Assembly: GCF_001194135.2 (NCBI RefSeq)
Contig: NC_068995.1
Span: forward strand, 37,203,963 to 37,267,962
DNA: 64,000 nucleotides
Reading direction: 5' to 3'
Source of the DNA: Octopus bimaculoides
Taxonomy: Eukaryota
In this document: one piece after another, positions 1-13,021 of the stretch
Layout: each line of letters opens with the position of its first letter
How positions within the stretch are numbered: position 1 is the stretch's first letter
Notes under the pieces: generated by a model
The model's database searches: none
What the model saw: the letters and a program-made list of their open reading frames with translations, nothing else
What the model was told of the DNA's origin: nothing
Program-made: the position numbers and the translations under genes

Positions 1-839
1 AACACCATGCCACAGATAAAATCGGTTTTCCTTTCAGCTTTAAAATAGGACTCGTTCAAACAATTTTTTTCACATTAAACTATATATATTTTTTCATTTT
101 TTTGTTTTCAATATTTTTCGTCATTCCAATTCACCAAACTCTTGAAATTTCTATACTAAAAGGTGGAAAAATAGTTCAGCAAAATCCTACGCTTTTAATG
201 TTTATATGTTTCCCAGTCTCTTGAGATAGTGGCCTACCAGTTTGTAATTGTTATATTCGTGTTACATTCTCAAAGATGATTGTGATGTTTAGGACCTGTC
301 ACTATCGCTGGTGCTATTCTTTAACTTTATTTTTCAATGTATCAGTGGCGACACATTTTCTAGTATCTCTGTTGAGACATAAGATGTTATTGCATGCGGA
401 TATCTACGAGTGAAATATCCTGGTCGTAAATAGGTGGATAAAAAATAACAGAGATAGAAAAAACGTTGAACATAAAAATAAGCACAAGGACGTCATTAAC
501 AACAACCCATCTTAATTGCAATACAAAATACCCTTCCCTCACAAAATTATTTGAACCGTTACATGTGCAGACGCCATTTTTATTAACAAAAGTATAACTG
601 TAAGCTCAAATATCGTTACATGATTGAAGTTTAAAGGGATCCTTGAAATACACAGTTCCTTTGCAGGCCTATCATTTTCTTAAGCGTTTATAGCGTTCCT
701 TTGTTTCTTTGGCTCCATCAAGGTGAAAAGTAATTTTGAAGAAAAGTAATTTAATGGATGCACAATCCTTAATTTGTAATCCTCAATTTGCTTTCTATTG
801 CTTGAATTCTTTTCCATTAACACTTGATTTAATTTGGCT

Positions 840-3386
840 GCAGGCCTACTCATCTACCCCAGCTGTAAAAATGATAGAAGTATGTGTAAATAATCTAGCT
901 TAGTACTTAGCAACACCTTGCACAATTTATCTTTGTTTCGAAAAGAACAACTTAAATGGTAATGAAGAATCAGTAACAAATGTCTCTTTTGAGAAACTAG
1001 CTGCACTCCCAAGTGCATTTGCAATATAGGAGAAGCATATAAAATCAAGATATTGAAGATGAAGGATCACCGCATCCTACTGATATGGATAGCAAAGTGT
1101 TATCATCGGATCTATACCGAACCAGATAGTTTTCTTCCAGAAAAAAGTGTGTCCCTGTTCTTTCAGAATACTGAATATTGACGTCGTTATGAAAAAAAAA
1201 ATGGTGAGCACTCATTATTTTAAAAATTCAGTTTTGTACTGTTTGTGACAATGATGGGCAGTGTTTGACAAAGTGGATCCTGTACAGCCCATCAAGGAGT
1301 GCAGTTAATTGATTTTACTCTACTTTGATGTCAAGCCGCCCTGGCAGGTTTTCCAGCAAGAATGAGGTTTAATGATTGGAATAAATGCAGGGGAGGAAAT
1401 GAAAGCACAGAGGTCTATGGTGCAGTTTAATCTTTTATGTGGAGATTGTTTTCGTATTAATAACAAGTAGGAAAACAGTACAGATAAAACACGAAATACT
1501 GTGCTGAAGTATTGAGCTGGCCGTATACAATATTTCTAGTCGATAGAAATCTGGCATTTCAGATTAGTGAAGAAACCATAGATCTATGTAAAATGGGAAC
1601 TTTTGTGCAATTACGGAATTTATTGCACAATTTGATCCATTTCTAATGGGTCACTTGAAAGTATTTAGCAATTCCGGAAGTCGTTAGTAGTCATACTTAT
1701 CATTACCACCAACGAAAAAATGACTGTTGAATTTAAGATATAGGATCATATTGTATCAAAACTTAAAACTGCGAAGTATTTGTCAGTTTTTATAAATTTA
1801 ATACCAGACCGCGCCCAAGATTATCAGCTAACAGCTACTGTGAATATATTGTTTCTGGGAAGCCGATAGAAAGTGTTTTAAGTTTCCTGCAGACTGGTTT
1901 CACAAAGTGGAAGCACTGGCTACATCTGTGTTAAAATGTCCTAAAAAAATAGGGTATAAATTTTGAAGACTGCAAAGAGCAGTCCTACGATGGCGCCAGT
2001 AATATTTCTGATCACGACACAGGAATACAAGCCAGACTTAAGGAAAAGAACTTGGTTACAGTTTTCATTACCAGTGCCACTTATTCATTGAATCTAGTAG
2101 GTCACGCTACTGCTTCTTGGTATGTCGAAGCTGTTAGCTATATTGGCTTCATACCAAAGGTATACACCTCTTCTCTGCACTGAAGAGAACTGAATTTGAA
2201 GTCATTGTCAGAAGCTCGTTGGTCAGCAAGAGCATGCGCTATTTAGACCATCGTTGATCAATTATATCTACATTCAAAATGCACTCCGAGATATTGAAGA
2301 TGATTTAGAATAAACACCTGAAGCAAAAAAAATTGAAGGCCAGACATTGGTAGACAAAATGAACTGTCCTGAAACTGCTCTAATGACTAAGATCTGGAAT
2401 TTAATTCCTGAAGGATTAACAGTAAAAACAATTCTTTTCAAGGTGTTAAAGTTCATCTGAATAAAATGACAGATCTAATCGATTCGGTGGAAAAATTTCT
2501 GAAGTCACATCGGGCTAAGTATGAAGAGTTGAATCTGGATGCCAGGAACATGTGTGGAAACATAGTCTATGAAGCAACGATAGATCGACTAAGGAAGAAA
2601 AACGAACACGATGCCCCTCTAGCGTCAACTTCGGAGTATGCTGTCCCTTCTGTAAGAGAAAAATTTAGGTGCGAGACTTTTAATGTCATTTTAGATCAGT
2701 TGTTTGTCACCTTGCAAAAAAACCTGGGGTAGCATATTAATCGGTGCACGGAAACTTCAAAATTGATGCAGAGATCAGAACCGAAACTGAGAAACCCATC
2801 ACTGCTTTCCCCAGTGTTTTAGTAAAATTTTCATAGCATGAATAATTGTAGTACTTTTCAGCCTTTTGTAAGTTCAGGTCATGTTTCGTACTATCTCAAC
2901 GGGGTACTTTTATCTCATAATGCAGAGATTGCCGAAACCTTTCCAATTGCTGATGTAGCTCTTAGAATATATTTGAACTTAACAGTCACTAGTCGTTCAA
3001 GATAGAGGTTATTCAGTTAATTGGGATTGCAAAAAAAAATATCTGAGAACTATAATGATATATGAAGGACTAAATGCATTTTGGATGTATAGAGCATTGT
3101 TCTAAAGACGATAAAGTTTGGGGAAATGTAAAGATTTTCAGATACCGATTGTGTAGAAAGAAAAAATGTTTGTATAGTTTGTAGAAGTATATTGTTGGTG
3201 AACATGGTGTACATTGTTTAGATAGCAAAAGTTTGCATTTAAACTTTCTATATGCTAACTAGTCAATTTCAGTTACATGCAATTGACGGATATTAAGATG
3301 TACATTTGGTGATTTTTCATGAAGTGTATGAGGGGGTTTCATCATCTGTGTACGAGGGGGTCGACCGAACTTGAAGTGTGGCCCTG
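840..3386 (+). mobile_element. Decayed hAT transposon (Tip100/ZMYM1-like transposase pseudogene)
   Basis: Frameshifted pieces translate to IAQFDPFLMGHL (~1620), CKEQSYDGASNIS...IQARLKEKN...SLNLVG (1962-2110), LKSLSEARWSAR (~2200) and the hATC dimerisation segment FPIADVALRIYLNLTVT (~2940). Right end reads CAGGGCC on the minus strand at 3380-3386. Left end not found. Confidence 0.85.
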
Positions 3387-3413
3387 TATATATATATATA
3401 TATATAGATAGAC

Positions 3414-3453
<40 letters not shown>

Positions 3454-3485
3454 TGATAGGTAGATAGATAGATAGATAGATATGA
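3387..3485. repeat. (TA)n/(GATA)n microsatellite
   Basis: Directly visible. Confidence 0.95.
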
Positions 3486-4054
3486 TATTGTGTGCGTATT
3501 GTACATTAATATGGAATTTAGAGATTCCATACTCTTAAGTTATATGAGCCTAACAGTAGAGTTAGATAAAGCTACTGTGATTGAGAATGACACATAAGTT
3601 ATGATATTTATGGCTTCTCAACTTGATTAGATCTCCCAGAAAGGGACAAAATGAAAGAAAGGATTTTATTGCAAAATTCACACAACTCTCAATATTGGCA
3701 GTAATGATGATGATAATGATGATGTCCGTGGCTGTTGTTGTTGGTGATGATGATTGTTCGGTCATAAGGAAGTGATAGACGAGAGGAAAGCAACAATGAT
3801 GAATTTTGCAAAAGCTATCCCCTGTTCTCTACTGAATTAGTTTTCTCATTTCTAATTTATTAGAAAGCCTTCATATACATGGGTGAACGATTGATGTTGG
3901 TTGAAATAAGTAAACATGCATTAATACATTCATTCATTCATACATGCATACGTACGTACATACGTACTACTTACCTTCTTGCAAACACACACTCATTAAA
4001 AGTATACAACCTGTCTGAACGTATTCATTTAAGATTACTGTGATGATATTAATA

Positions 4055-4480
4055 ATGGTTTCAAATTTATGCACAAGGTCAGCAATTTCAGATAGGAACT
4101 AAGTCGATTACAACAACTCCAGTGTTGAAATAATACTTAACTTAGTAACTCCGAAAAGATGAAAGGCTAAGTCGACGTAGGTAGAATTTGAACTCAGAAC
4201 ATAAAGACGGACAAACTACCACTAAGCATTTCAGCCGGCGTGCTGACAATTGCGCCATCATTTGATGATAATAATCTTTTCTACTTAAGGTACAAGGCCT
4301 GAAATTTTAAGGGTGGGCACTAGTGGATTACATCAATCCCAGTGTTCCACTAGTTCTTAATTTATCGACCCCGAAAAGATGAAAGGCAGAGTCGAATTCG
4401 GACGAATTTGAACTTAGAACGTAAAGACGAATAAAATATCGCTAAGCATTTTCACCCGGCGTGCTGACAATTCTGTCGGC
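4055..4480 (-). mobile_element. Two tandem copies of the tRNA-derived octopus-type SINE (GCCTTGTGC-type tail)
   Basis: Both carry the GGATGAAAGG...GTCGAC...GAATTTGAACTCAGAAC body that recurs throughout the window. Confidence 0.8.
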
Positions 4481-5680
4481 GTGCTGCTTTGTGATGATGA
4501 TAATATCATCACAATTAAACAAGCAGTTTGAAGGGAACAAGTTTGGAGATTTGCTGAACAACTTCTAGATAACAAAAATATGACATCAAAAGTACGGTGA
4601 CATAGTAGGAATTTGGTCAGAGTCTCTCTGGTGTTCAAAAATATTCAATTCTGTTGCTAATTTGTGGATTGTTTAAGGCTCCTCGACAACAAAGATTCTT
4701 TTGACATCTAAAATTTTAGAAACCATCATCTTTGTCATAGACAACATGATTCGGTGCTGGGCTACCGTCGTGAAGTTAAATTAAAGGGTGATTTTATTGT
4801 CTCTAATGGGGTACAGGATTCTGTATTTCAAGGAGAGATTTTACCTGAGATGCTGATTATACTTTTGATAATCCCTTAGCTCGTTTTGCTGGCGAAATGT
4901 AGTACGTAATTAGCTCAGAAGAAGACACCAAAACCTCGAACTAATACATAACTCACCCGTGGACAAAGTATATGTCGAGTATAAGGAAAGCATGAAGCGG
5001 AGTCTTGATCTGGTTACGTCATTCTCAAAGCATATAACGAAAGATTTGGGTGAACATAATTGTAAGCCTATTGAAAGCTAGCTATGAGCCAAGCTAGTAA
5101 AATATCGACCGACTATTTTCCCGATGTCTTATAGGGAATTTCTACTTGTACTTAGGCGTAAAAGAAAATATATCTATGACTTTCTTAAAATAAAAAAGGT
5201 GCATGAATTAGGAAAAAGAAAAACACTCAGAACACTCTGAATGATATAAATCAATGTATCACAAAGTAATCAATATTTTGGATTTGTAGAGTGGATAATA
5301 AAGGAAATTCAAACAACTATTAACCATTAATTGACATTTTCACAGTAATGATGACATAGACTGCTTCTGTCTGATAACGAAAATGCAGAGACATAGTATC
5401 AATTCAAACGTCCTTTGAATACCACTTTATATCCATTCGACGACATTGAGAAACCCCACTATTATTGAAGAGCAAAAACTTAGTTTGCATGCAAGAGGCA
5501 AATTATATGAGGATCCTTCAGAAAGTATTCTCTCATTAATGTTGATAATCTCTTAGGGTCAAGAATCGATATCTTGTTTTGATCCCCTTCATTAAAATGA
5601 TTCAATACGCTGGGAAAGTAACATTTCGGCATGAATCTCCAAGTTTAGTAAATATTAGATTAGTGAGGAAACTTACTTTT

Positions 5681-6427
5681 AGCTACACTAAATCTCTGAG
5701 CGAGATATAAACAGTAGCAATACGGAATCGTAACTTATAATCGCCAACCAAGTGTGCCGCCCTATACGGGACAGTGCTACTGTCGTTTATAGCCCCAGGA
5801 AGATATCCCTTCCATCTAACGACACACATTCTGTGTCCAGTTAGTATTTGCGAGGGAGGTCATCGCTCCCATCCCTAGCCTTACGTGATACACACAGACT
5901 CGAGTTTCTGGGTGGTTATCCGCCCTCAGCGTGTGTTAATCACCAGCTAGTGCTGAAAACTCACCCCACTCGCAAAATACTATATGCATTTTGCAGCTGG
6001 AAGAGATGTCTTCCTGGGGCAATAAACGTCAGTAGCACTGTCCCGTATAGGACGCCACACTTGGTTGGCAATTATATGTTACGATTCTGTATTGCTACTG
6101 TTTAAATCACGCTCAGAGATTTGATATAGCTTATTTCTCCTTTTTCGAGATCAGCGACGAACCGTCACTGAAAAAAGCATATAGTATATTGCAAGTGGGG
6201 TGAATTTTCGTCACTAGATGGTGATTGACACACGCTGAGGACGGGTTACCACCCAGAAATTCGAGTCTGTGTGTATCACGTAAGGCTGGGGATGGGAGTA
6301 ATGACCTCCCCTCGCAAATACTAATCGGACACAGAATGTGTGTCGTTAGACAGCTGGGAGAGATGTCTTCCTACAAACGTCAGTAGCACTGTCCCGTATA
6401 ATACGCCACACTTGGTTGGTAATTATA
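5681..6427. mobile_element. Composite foldback/MITE-like element (A-B-A' followed by an inverted B'-A' copy)
   Basis: 5681-5814 is inverted at 5996-6130, and ~5735-5992 is inverted at 6172-6427. The whole is flanked by the 15-bp direct repeat AGGAAACTTACTTTT (5666-5680, 6427-6441). Confidence 0.8.
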
Positions 6428-7326
6428 GGAAACTTACTTTTGCCAAACTAAAATAAAAGTCTACAGGTATACCATCCAGATTATAGTTTTAGATTTAGAC
6501 TTGGAATTATTGCGACGTTTGGATATGTAGCTGATTGCTTCTACCCCAATCAGCAAAAACTGGCTAATTAAAGAATCATAGTTGCAAGCATTTATAGAAC
6601 TGTGATTTATATAAAACATTTCAGAAATGTAATTTGTAGTGTGTGCATTTATACATACGTTAAGTCGAAACAAACGCGGTAAGTGTATATAAGCAAATAA
6701 TAAGTGTATAAGCACACACAAGCAAGCATGCATGCATATTTTTTTGAACACTACATTGTTCAAACCATACAAAACCCACATACATATGCAACATCTTCTA
6801 TGCTTACATCCATGTCCAGATACATACAAACATAAGCACATCCATACATGCTTTCTTCACTATCTAGTTGGTATGTAAATTCGAATGAAAGAAACCGCTT
6901 CACGGCTGGAAAACAGTCCTTTCTCTATTGGTGAGAAATTTGGAAGATTTTGGAAGATAAAATCTAATGATCTTCTATATATGCATTCAAACATACATGA
7001 AAACTGTTTTCCTGTTATTCAGAGGTTATCTGCTGTGTGAAAAGTCAGCTATTACAATTGACTGGTGAGGCCAAAGTTTATTCAACAAGTATTTAAATAA
7101 ATGCCACAAGGACATATTTGTTTGAGGCACATTTATACAATTAACCACACAAAACATACGCATTGCAAATATTTAATATTTGTGTGTGAAACGTTTGTGG
7201 TGTTTAATAATATCCTGAAGCAAGTATATAGATTAAATTATAGAGATTAAACTACCAAAAACCAAATCAATCTCAGTATTATAAAATTCAAGCAATTAAA
7301 AACATTTCATGATGAAAATCGCTTAC

Positions 7327-7574
7327 CGCCGCGAACTGATGTCTTCTGTTTGATCTTCTGCTTTAATAATGATTCGATACTCTGGGAAAATACCTTTTCG
7401 TCGTAAATCTCTTAGACTTTGACCGACTTTAAGATTTCCGCCTTCATCCATTTTGAAACGGCTTATGTCATTGAAGGATGTTCCGCCACCTTTTCTGGTG
7501 ACTTCAATAATTGTGTAAGCAACGGTACCGTTCTCTGCTAAATCAGGATCAAATGCATCAATGCTCTCTGTAGG
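7327..7574 (-). CDS. Cadherin exon F (248 nt): PTESIDAFDPDLAENGTVAYTIIEV...IIIKAEDQTEDISSR(R)
   Basis: Acceptor tttcttcag in phase 0 matches exon E; donor CG|gtaagc is phase 2. Has A-x-D-x-D...N-G-x-V-x-Y motif. Confidence 0.93.
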
Positions 7575-9244
7575 CTGAAGAAATATTAATGTATATAAGA
7601 AACCAATGACAATAAATTGGTAGAACTTTTGAAGAAGTTGGACAAACAACTTTGCAGTATTTAGTTACGATTTTCTATGTTCTGATTTGAGATTCCGTCG
7701 AAGAAAAAATTATTTTTATTCTTCTGGTTAAGTTAATGGCTAAAACTCTTCTGCAGAATGTGTGGCTTTAGACTAATATCCTCTATAAGATTCGATTTAG
7801 GTTAATATCAATATTTAAAGAAACCGACTCTCATGCCGGAGAGTACTATCAAACACTTTTAATAATGACAACTATTAAGAATTGTAGGTCACAACAATGC
7901 TGTATTCTGAAGAGTTCCAGTAACACAGGCATCTCTCCCCTTAGAGCTAGAAGTTAGTTTCCATGAGCTAAGTTTTTGATTCGGTTGAGTTTTTGGTCAT
8001 ATTTAAATATGTAACTCATATTTAAATATGTACCTCAAAAAATCTCGAATAGTCTACACCTGACAATGCGGGTAGGCTATGACTAACCGAATGGAAAAAA
8101 GTTTTAAAATTCAGGTTTTCCAATCGGTCAGCCATTGAAAATAAAATAGGATTAATATTGATTACACAGGGTAATGACAAATTTTAAACAAAATACAGAC
8201 GTAAATAGAAATTGTGAAATCAGATAAGCAAAGCTTTGTGTAAATTGTTGTTATACATCGCAAAAGACAAAAAGAAAAAGTAAAATGCAAAAAAATTCGT
8301 CTTAAGTTTTTCTCAGGTACATACCGCTGGAGGAAGAAAATGATTAATGACTAGATTAAGCAGAACATGTTTCTCTGATTAGTAAAGGACTGAAATAGAA
8401 TCAGTTTAAACTTGAAGCAAGATCGTTAAAATTGATTTAAAAAGTTCTTTTTGTTAGAGAATTGAGAAGAACTGATAACTCTGGTAGAGATATATATTTT
8501 TAGGAAGTCAACTTAACCTAATCCAGAATGGAGAAATCTATTCAACCCTTTTGAATATAGTGGTGATAATTAGCTTTTTAATTAATTCATGATGTAATCT
8601 TCTTTACAAACTTCATAATCTATTTCAAAAATTCAAATGTAATTTTTGTTGGAAGGATTTGAGAGATGAAGATTAGATTTGGAGAATTTAAATGAGTAAC
8701 CTTAATGAATATTTGAACAGAGATCTCTACCAAGTGTATAACTATATGACTAATGAGATTGGTATTCTACGTTGTACAGATAGTTAAATATTCGTCTACC
8801 TTTAAATTTGCTTTCAACTATAGGTGCGTTACGTGAAAAATATTTCTACTTTTAATTAACAAAATAACTGATTTCTTATTGCATAATATTGCTTTCTAAT
8901 ATTGGCATATGACCAAACACTTTTGGCTGACATTGAAAGAATTTCAGAACAGAACTCAAAGTCCCGTAACTAAATATCACAATGCATTTTATTCGTCGCA
9001 TTGCTTATTCTGCCAAATTACTGCCCTTCCTCGATACATAGCACTCAAGAATATACTTTGCGGTGTTAAGTCTGTTTATGCTCTTAGTTCAATTCCCGCT
9101 GAGACCAACTTCGCCTTTCTTCCTTGCGTGATTAATGAAATAAAGTACCAGTCAAGTACTGGACTCGATTAATTCGACTAATCCCCTCTCCCTTAAAATT
9201 ACTGGCCTTATACCAAAATTTGAAGCATCATTTAATACATAATA

Positions 9245-10335
9245 ATTTAGTTAGCAGGTATATCGTCTTGAGATATGGTCACAACAAGATTACTCAAATC
9301 TCAAGAATCTTTCTTAGGATTCTTGCAGAATAGGCCTGTACTAAGAAGCTTACTTCCCAATTACATGGTTCCAGATTGTCGATCTTTGCCTTTATCAGAT
9401 TTGTTTTAAGAGCTAGTTTTTGAGCGGTTATAATTAGCATTTCTGTGTACCGTTTCAAGTTCCCGTCCGTCAACCAAAGTCAGAGAACTTTGCTTCCAAC
9501 ATTCTCGGTTTGTTGCATGAATCGATCGTGTAATTCCATTTCTTTCCATTTGTTAATTCTTTTGTTCCTTTTTTCTCCGAATCCTCTTACTATTTCAGTC
9601 ACTTTTTGGGTATGCCTGGCCGTCGAAAGTATTCTTTCTTTACTCTGCGCAGCATACATTTTTAGACTCACAATCGCGGTATTAACAGTGTCTTCTGCCT
9701 TGTAGGTAGAGTCGGTCGGTATTACTATTAGCTTTCAAGTTCTATCCAACTTCTGCAGCTCGGCCTTTGTCCATTCCAGGAAGAGAGCAGAGTACCTCAA
9801 TATTGGCATAACTCATGTATTTATGGCTGTAATGATGTTTCCTGCATCCAATTTTGTTTCGAGCACCTCCCCAATTCTCCTCTTGTACACTTTAGTGACT
9901 TTCCCATTTCGCCTTCCTTTATCCTATCGTTTTCACGCACTCCAAGGTACTTGTATTCCCCTTTTTTCCACAGCAATCTAATGGTGTCTGGTGGTAATTT
10001 TATGCCATCAGAATTTACCTCCCGGTCTCCTTTCATAAATAGTACTGCACACTTATCTACCCGTAACTGCATTCCTGTATCATTTATGAATAGTCTCACT
10101 GTTTTGATCAGAGAATACAAGCCTATCTCATCACATAGTTTGAATCCATCTATATAAAGTGATCTATACTCCATTTGGATTTGATATTATCATAGGCAGG
10201 TCTGTATTTTCTCTGTATACTTGCCAGAGGGGTTAGCACAATAACGAAGCCTAACGGAGGGAGCGAGTCTCCCTCGAAAGCCTCCCTGCGTATTTCTACA
10301 TTACTAGCGATTGATTTGCACGTATCAGTTCTACT
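9245..10335 (-). mobile_element. Dong/R4-clade non-LTR retrotransposon, 5'-truncated and internally deleted
   Basis: Translates to EIRREAFEGDSLPPLGFVIVLTPL, YIDGFKL (degenerate YMDD), GMQLRVDKCA, YKYLG, WKEMELH and the C-terminal SARILRKILEI*. Confidence 0.8.
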
Positions 10336-10366
10336 TCCGACACTCTCATTGCTTACATTTTAATAT

Positions 10367-10920
10367 GTAGCGATTCTACACCACTTGACTAAGACGTAAC
10401 GTGATTCTACACAGCGAGATTAACACTTAGCGTGATTCTACATAACGAGACTAATAAGTAACGTGATTCTTCACTGCGAGACAAATATCGTGAGTTTACA
10501 TAGCGAGACTAATTAGTAATATGACTTTATGCAGCGAAACTAATAAGTAAAGTGATTCTGCGGAGCGAGACTGATGAATTATGGGATTATACATTGCTAA
10601 ATTAATAAGTAGCGTGATTATACACAGTGAGACTCATAAAAAACGTGATTCTACTGTGTGAGACTAATAAGTTACATGATTCTAAATAGCGAAACTAATG
10701 AATAACGTTATCCTACGCTGAGATTAATAAGTAACATGGCTTGACTAATAAGCATTTGCGAGTCTACTCAGCAAACCTAACAAGCATTGGGATTCTTTCT
10801 ATTCAGTGATATTATCAAAGAGAGCGTCCGATAAGTAACGTGGTTCTACACAGCAAGACCAATAAGTAAGATGATTCTATATAGTAAGACTAGCAAGAAA
10901 AATGATTCCATATTGTGAGA
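10367..10920. repeat. Diverged 31-bp minisatellite, about 17 units (consensus ~GTGATTCTACACAGCGAGACTAATAAGTAAC)
   Basis: GATT anchors at 10372, 10403, 10434, 10465, (10492), 10523, 10554, 10585, 10616, 10647, 10678. Confidence 0.9.
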
Positions 10921-11016
10921 GCAATATCTAATGAGATTTTGCACATCGATATTAAACAATTAGGGACAGAAATCTATGTACTCATTACTTTTTTAAAAAT
11001 TGTATTCTTCTCTTAC

Positions 11017-11181
11017 CGAATGTACAGGTTCATTGAATGGAATGTTATCCTTTATTTCATATTTGTAGAATTGCTTTCTGAACTTCGGCGTATTATCATT
11101 AATATCTTTTACTTCGAGAAGGATCCTTGCATTAGGGTTGCTCACTTTTCTCTCTTCACTTTTAGTTTCAACAGCACGCAC
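11017..11181 (-). CDS. Cadherin exon E (165 nt): VRAVETKSEERKVSNPNARILLEVKDINDNTPKFRKQFYKYEIKDNIPFNEPVHS
   Basis: Acceptor cctttcatag, donor TCG|gtaaga, 55 codons. Canonical DINDN-x-P-x-F linker. Continues QLE from exon D. Confidence 0.95.
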
Positions 11182-11569
11182 CTATGAAAGGAATTACAAT
11201 TAAATAACAGAAATAAATTATCAAACTATTCACGAAATCATCTTGTAGAAACACGATTTCATCATATTACTACATATGCGGTCAGGAGGAAAATGGAAAA
11301 AAACAAAAGACCCCGGATGTAATGAGAGCTAAAAACGAAAAGAAAATTTGGTAAGTATGAGAAAATATTGACTTAGTTTTCGCTTAGATAAACAAACAAG
11401 CAGCTATTTTACGCAAGAACTATCATGAACTGAATGAGTTCATCTATGTTACTAGCGTCTGTTCAAGTGAAATAAGGATCTCTTAATAGATCATTATTCA
11501 CAGCAGTATTTTAGCTACGATATGTACATTCATTCGTTTCACAGTAATTAGTATTATCATTATACTTTC

Positions 11570-11571
<2 letters not shown>

Positions 11572-11640
<69 letters not shown>

Positions 11641-11690
11641 ACACACAGACACACACACAGACACACACACACACAGACACACATACAGAT
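11572..11690. repeat. (CA)n microsatellite with (CACACAGA) variants
   Basis: Directly visible. Confidence 0.95.
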
Positions 11691-11739
11691 GTGAATCTAC
11701 ACAAACAGACAAATAAATATACATGCACACATACGTACA

Positions 11740-12247
11740 TCTATAATACATCAAAAGTGAGCTTGCAATTTTACTCAGCCAAACTGGCGTATAATGGGAA
11801 AATACTATGATTTAAGTGTCCCTTGAAACAGACGGAATAAAACAAGTTTCGCGTAAATCAGACGACTGCTTATTGAGATATAAGGTGTTTTCGGAGTATA
11901 AATGCTCAAAACAGTGCATAATGGGAAAATACTCCGAAAATAACTTAACCCTAAAAGGGAAAAACTTAACCTTTCGATTAGACACAGTCACTTGACAACG
12001 AAAACATACGAGTTGTTTTTTCTTACAGTAAATACTTCTATTCTAGCCTTTGATAGCGTGCAACAAGAAATAGCAGCTAAATCTTTCCTTTTCTGGAGAA
12101 AGGAGTCATTTACGCATGATTTCAATGTCACCTTCGTTGAAAGTATGCGAAATAACCTGGAAGTGAAAAAAAATCCACAAAACAAAACTCCGCTGCTGAG
12201 AAACTCAGACTTCCCCGGTGGCCCAACGGGTCACGTGTAGTTTACTA

Positions 12248-12248
<1 letters not shown>
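11740..12248 (+). mobile_element. Complete non-autonomous Helitron (509 bp)
   Basis: Starts A|TCTATAATA at 11739/11740 and ends CTAG|T at 12248/12249. A CCCG..CGGG stem (12214-12230) lies 14 nt upstream of CTAG. No TSD. Internal 16-bp direct repeat at 11791 and 11918. Confidence 0.72.
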
Positions 12249-12288
<40 letters not shown>

Positions 12289-12333
12289 ACATATCAATAC
12301 ATTTACGTTCATATATTTCCATACACAAAAATG

Positions 12334-12369
<36 letters not shown>

Positions 12370-12618
12370 NNNNNNNNNNNNNNNNNNNNNNNNNNNNNNN
12401 NNNNNNNNNNNNNNNNNNNNNNNNNNNNNNNNNNNNNNNNNNNNNNNNNNNNNNNNNNNNNNNNNNNNNNNNNNNNNNNNNNNNNNNNNNNNNNNNNNNN
12501 NNNNNNNNNNNNNNNNNNNNNNNNNNNNNNNNNNNNNNNNNNNNNNNNNNNNNNNNNNNNNNNNNNNNNNNNNNNNNNNNNNNNNNNNNNNNNNNNNNNN
12601 NNNNNNNNNNNNNNNNNN
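12370..12618. other. Assembly gap in a microsatellite; other gaps at 14499-14508, 22871-22908, 29636-29806, 34623-35117, 57322-57570
   Basis: N runs, each flanked by simple repeats. Confidence 0.99.
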
Positions 12619-13021
12619 TTATATTTATATTTATACATATATATATATATATACACATACATACATATATATATACAAATATTTTTGTAGTATCTGACAT
12701 GGATGCAGAGAATCTTACAGCTTTTACGGAAAGCTCCTCTAACAGACTCATCAAACAGACAACACAGCAATCCAATTCCGAGAAGTGTAATGCAGAGCGA
12801 CCATGCAGACGACATACAGAAGATCCAGTTGACGAAATTATTTCACAAGGAGTATATAAATCATAATACGTCAGATGGTATGAGAGCTGAATATATTTAT
12901 TTAACCACTTAACTTCCTTAAGTTTACAACAGTTTTGTAACCTTCTTCATTCAGTAATAATTTTAAGGTGAAATGAATTATGTTTACACGTTTGCATACA
13001 TATACATGGAACGAATTTTAA

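Noticed and set aside
240-420. Cadherin-looking minus-strand text (TEILENVSP...TSDSD) behind a polypyrimidine tract
   Set aside because: All frames contain stops, and the phase-2 reading stops within a few codons.
3975-5067. Two phase-compatible minus-strand exon candidates (4957-5067 and 3975-4014) as the continuation of the cadherin
   Set aside because: Exon F ends in phase 2 but 4957-5067 needs phase 1, and the peptide (LQLCSPKSFVICF...) has no cadherin features. The next true exon is probably outside the window.
5341-5370. TEAVYVIITV as the expected G-strand after exon F
   Set aside because: Wrong phase (0 instead of 2), and a stop follows six codons later with no credible donor.
10367-10920. 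CRISPR-like array
   Set aside because: Units are contiguous 31-mers with no unique spacers, the context is eukaryotic and there are no cas genes; it is a minisatellite.
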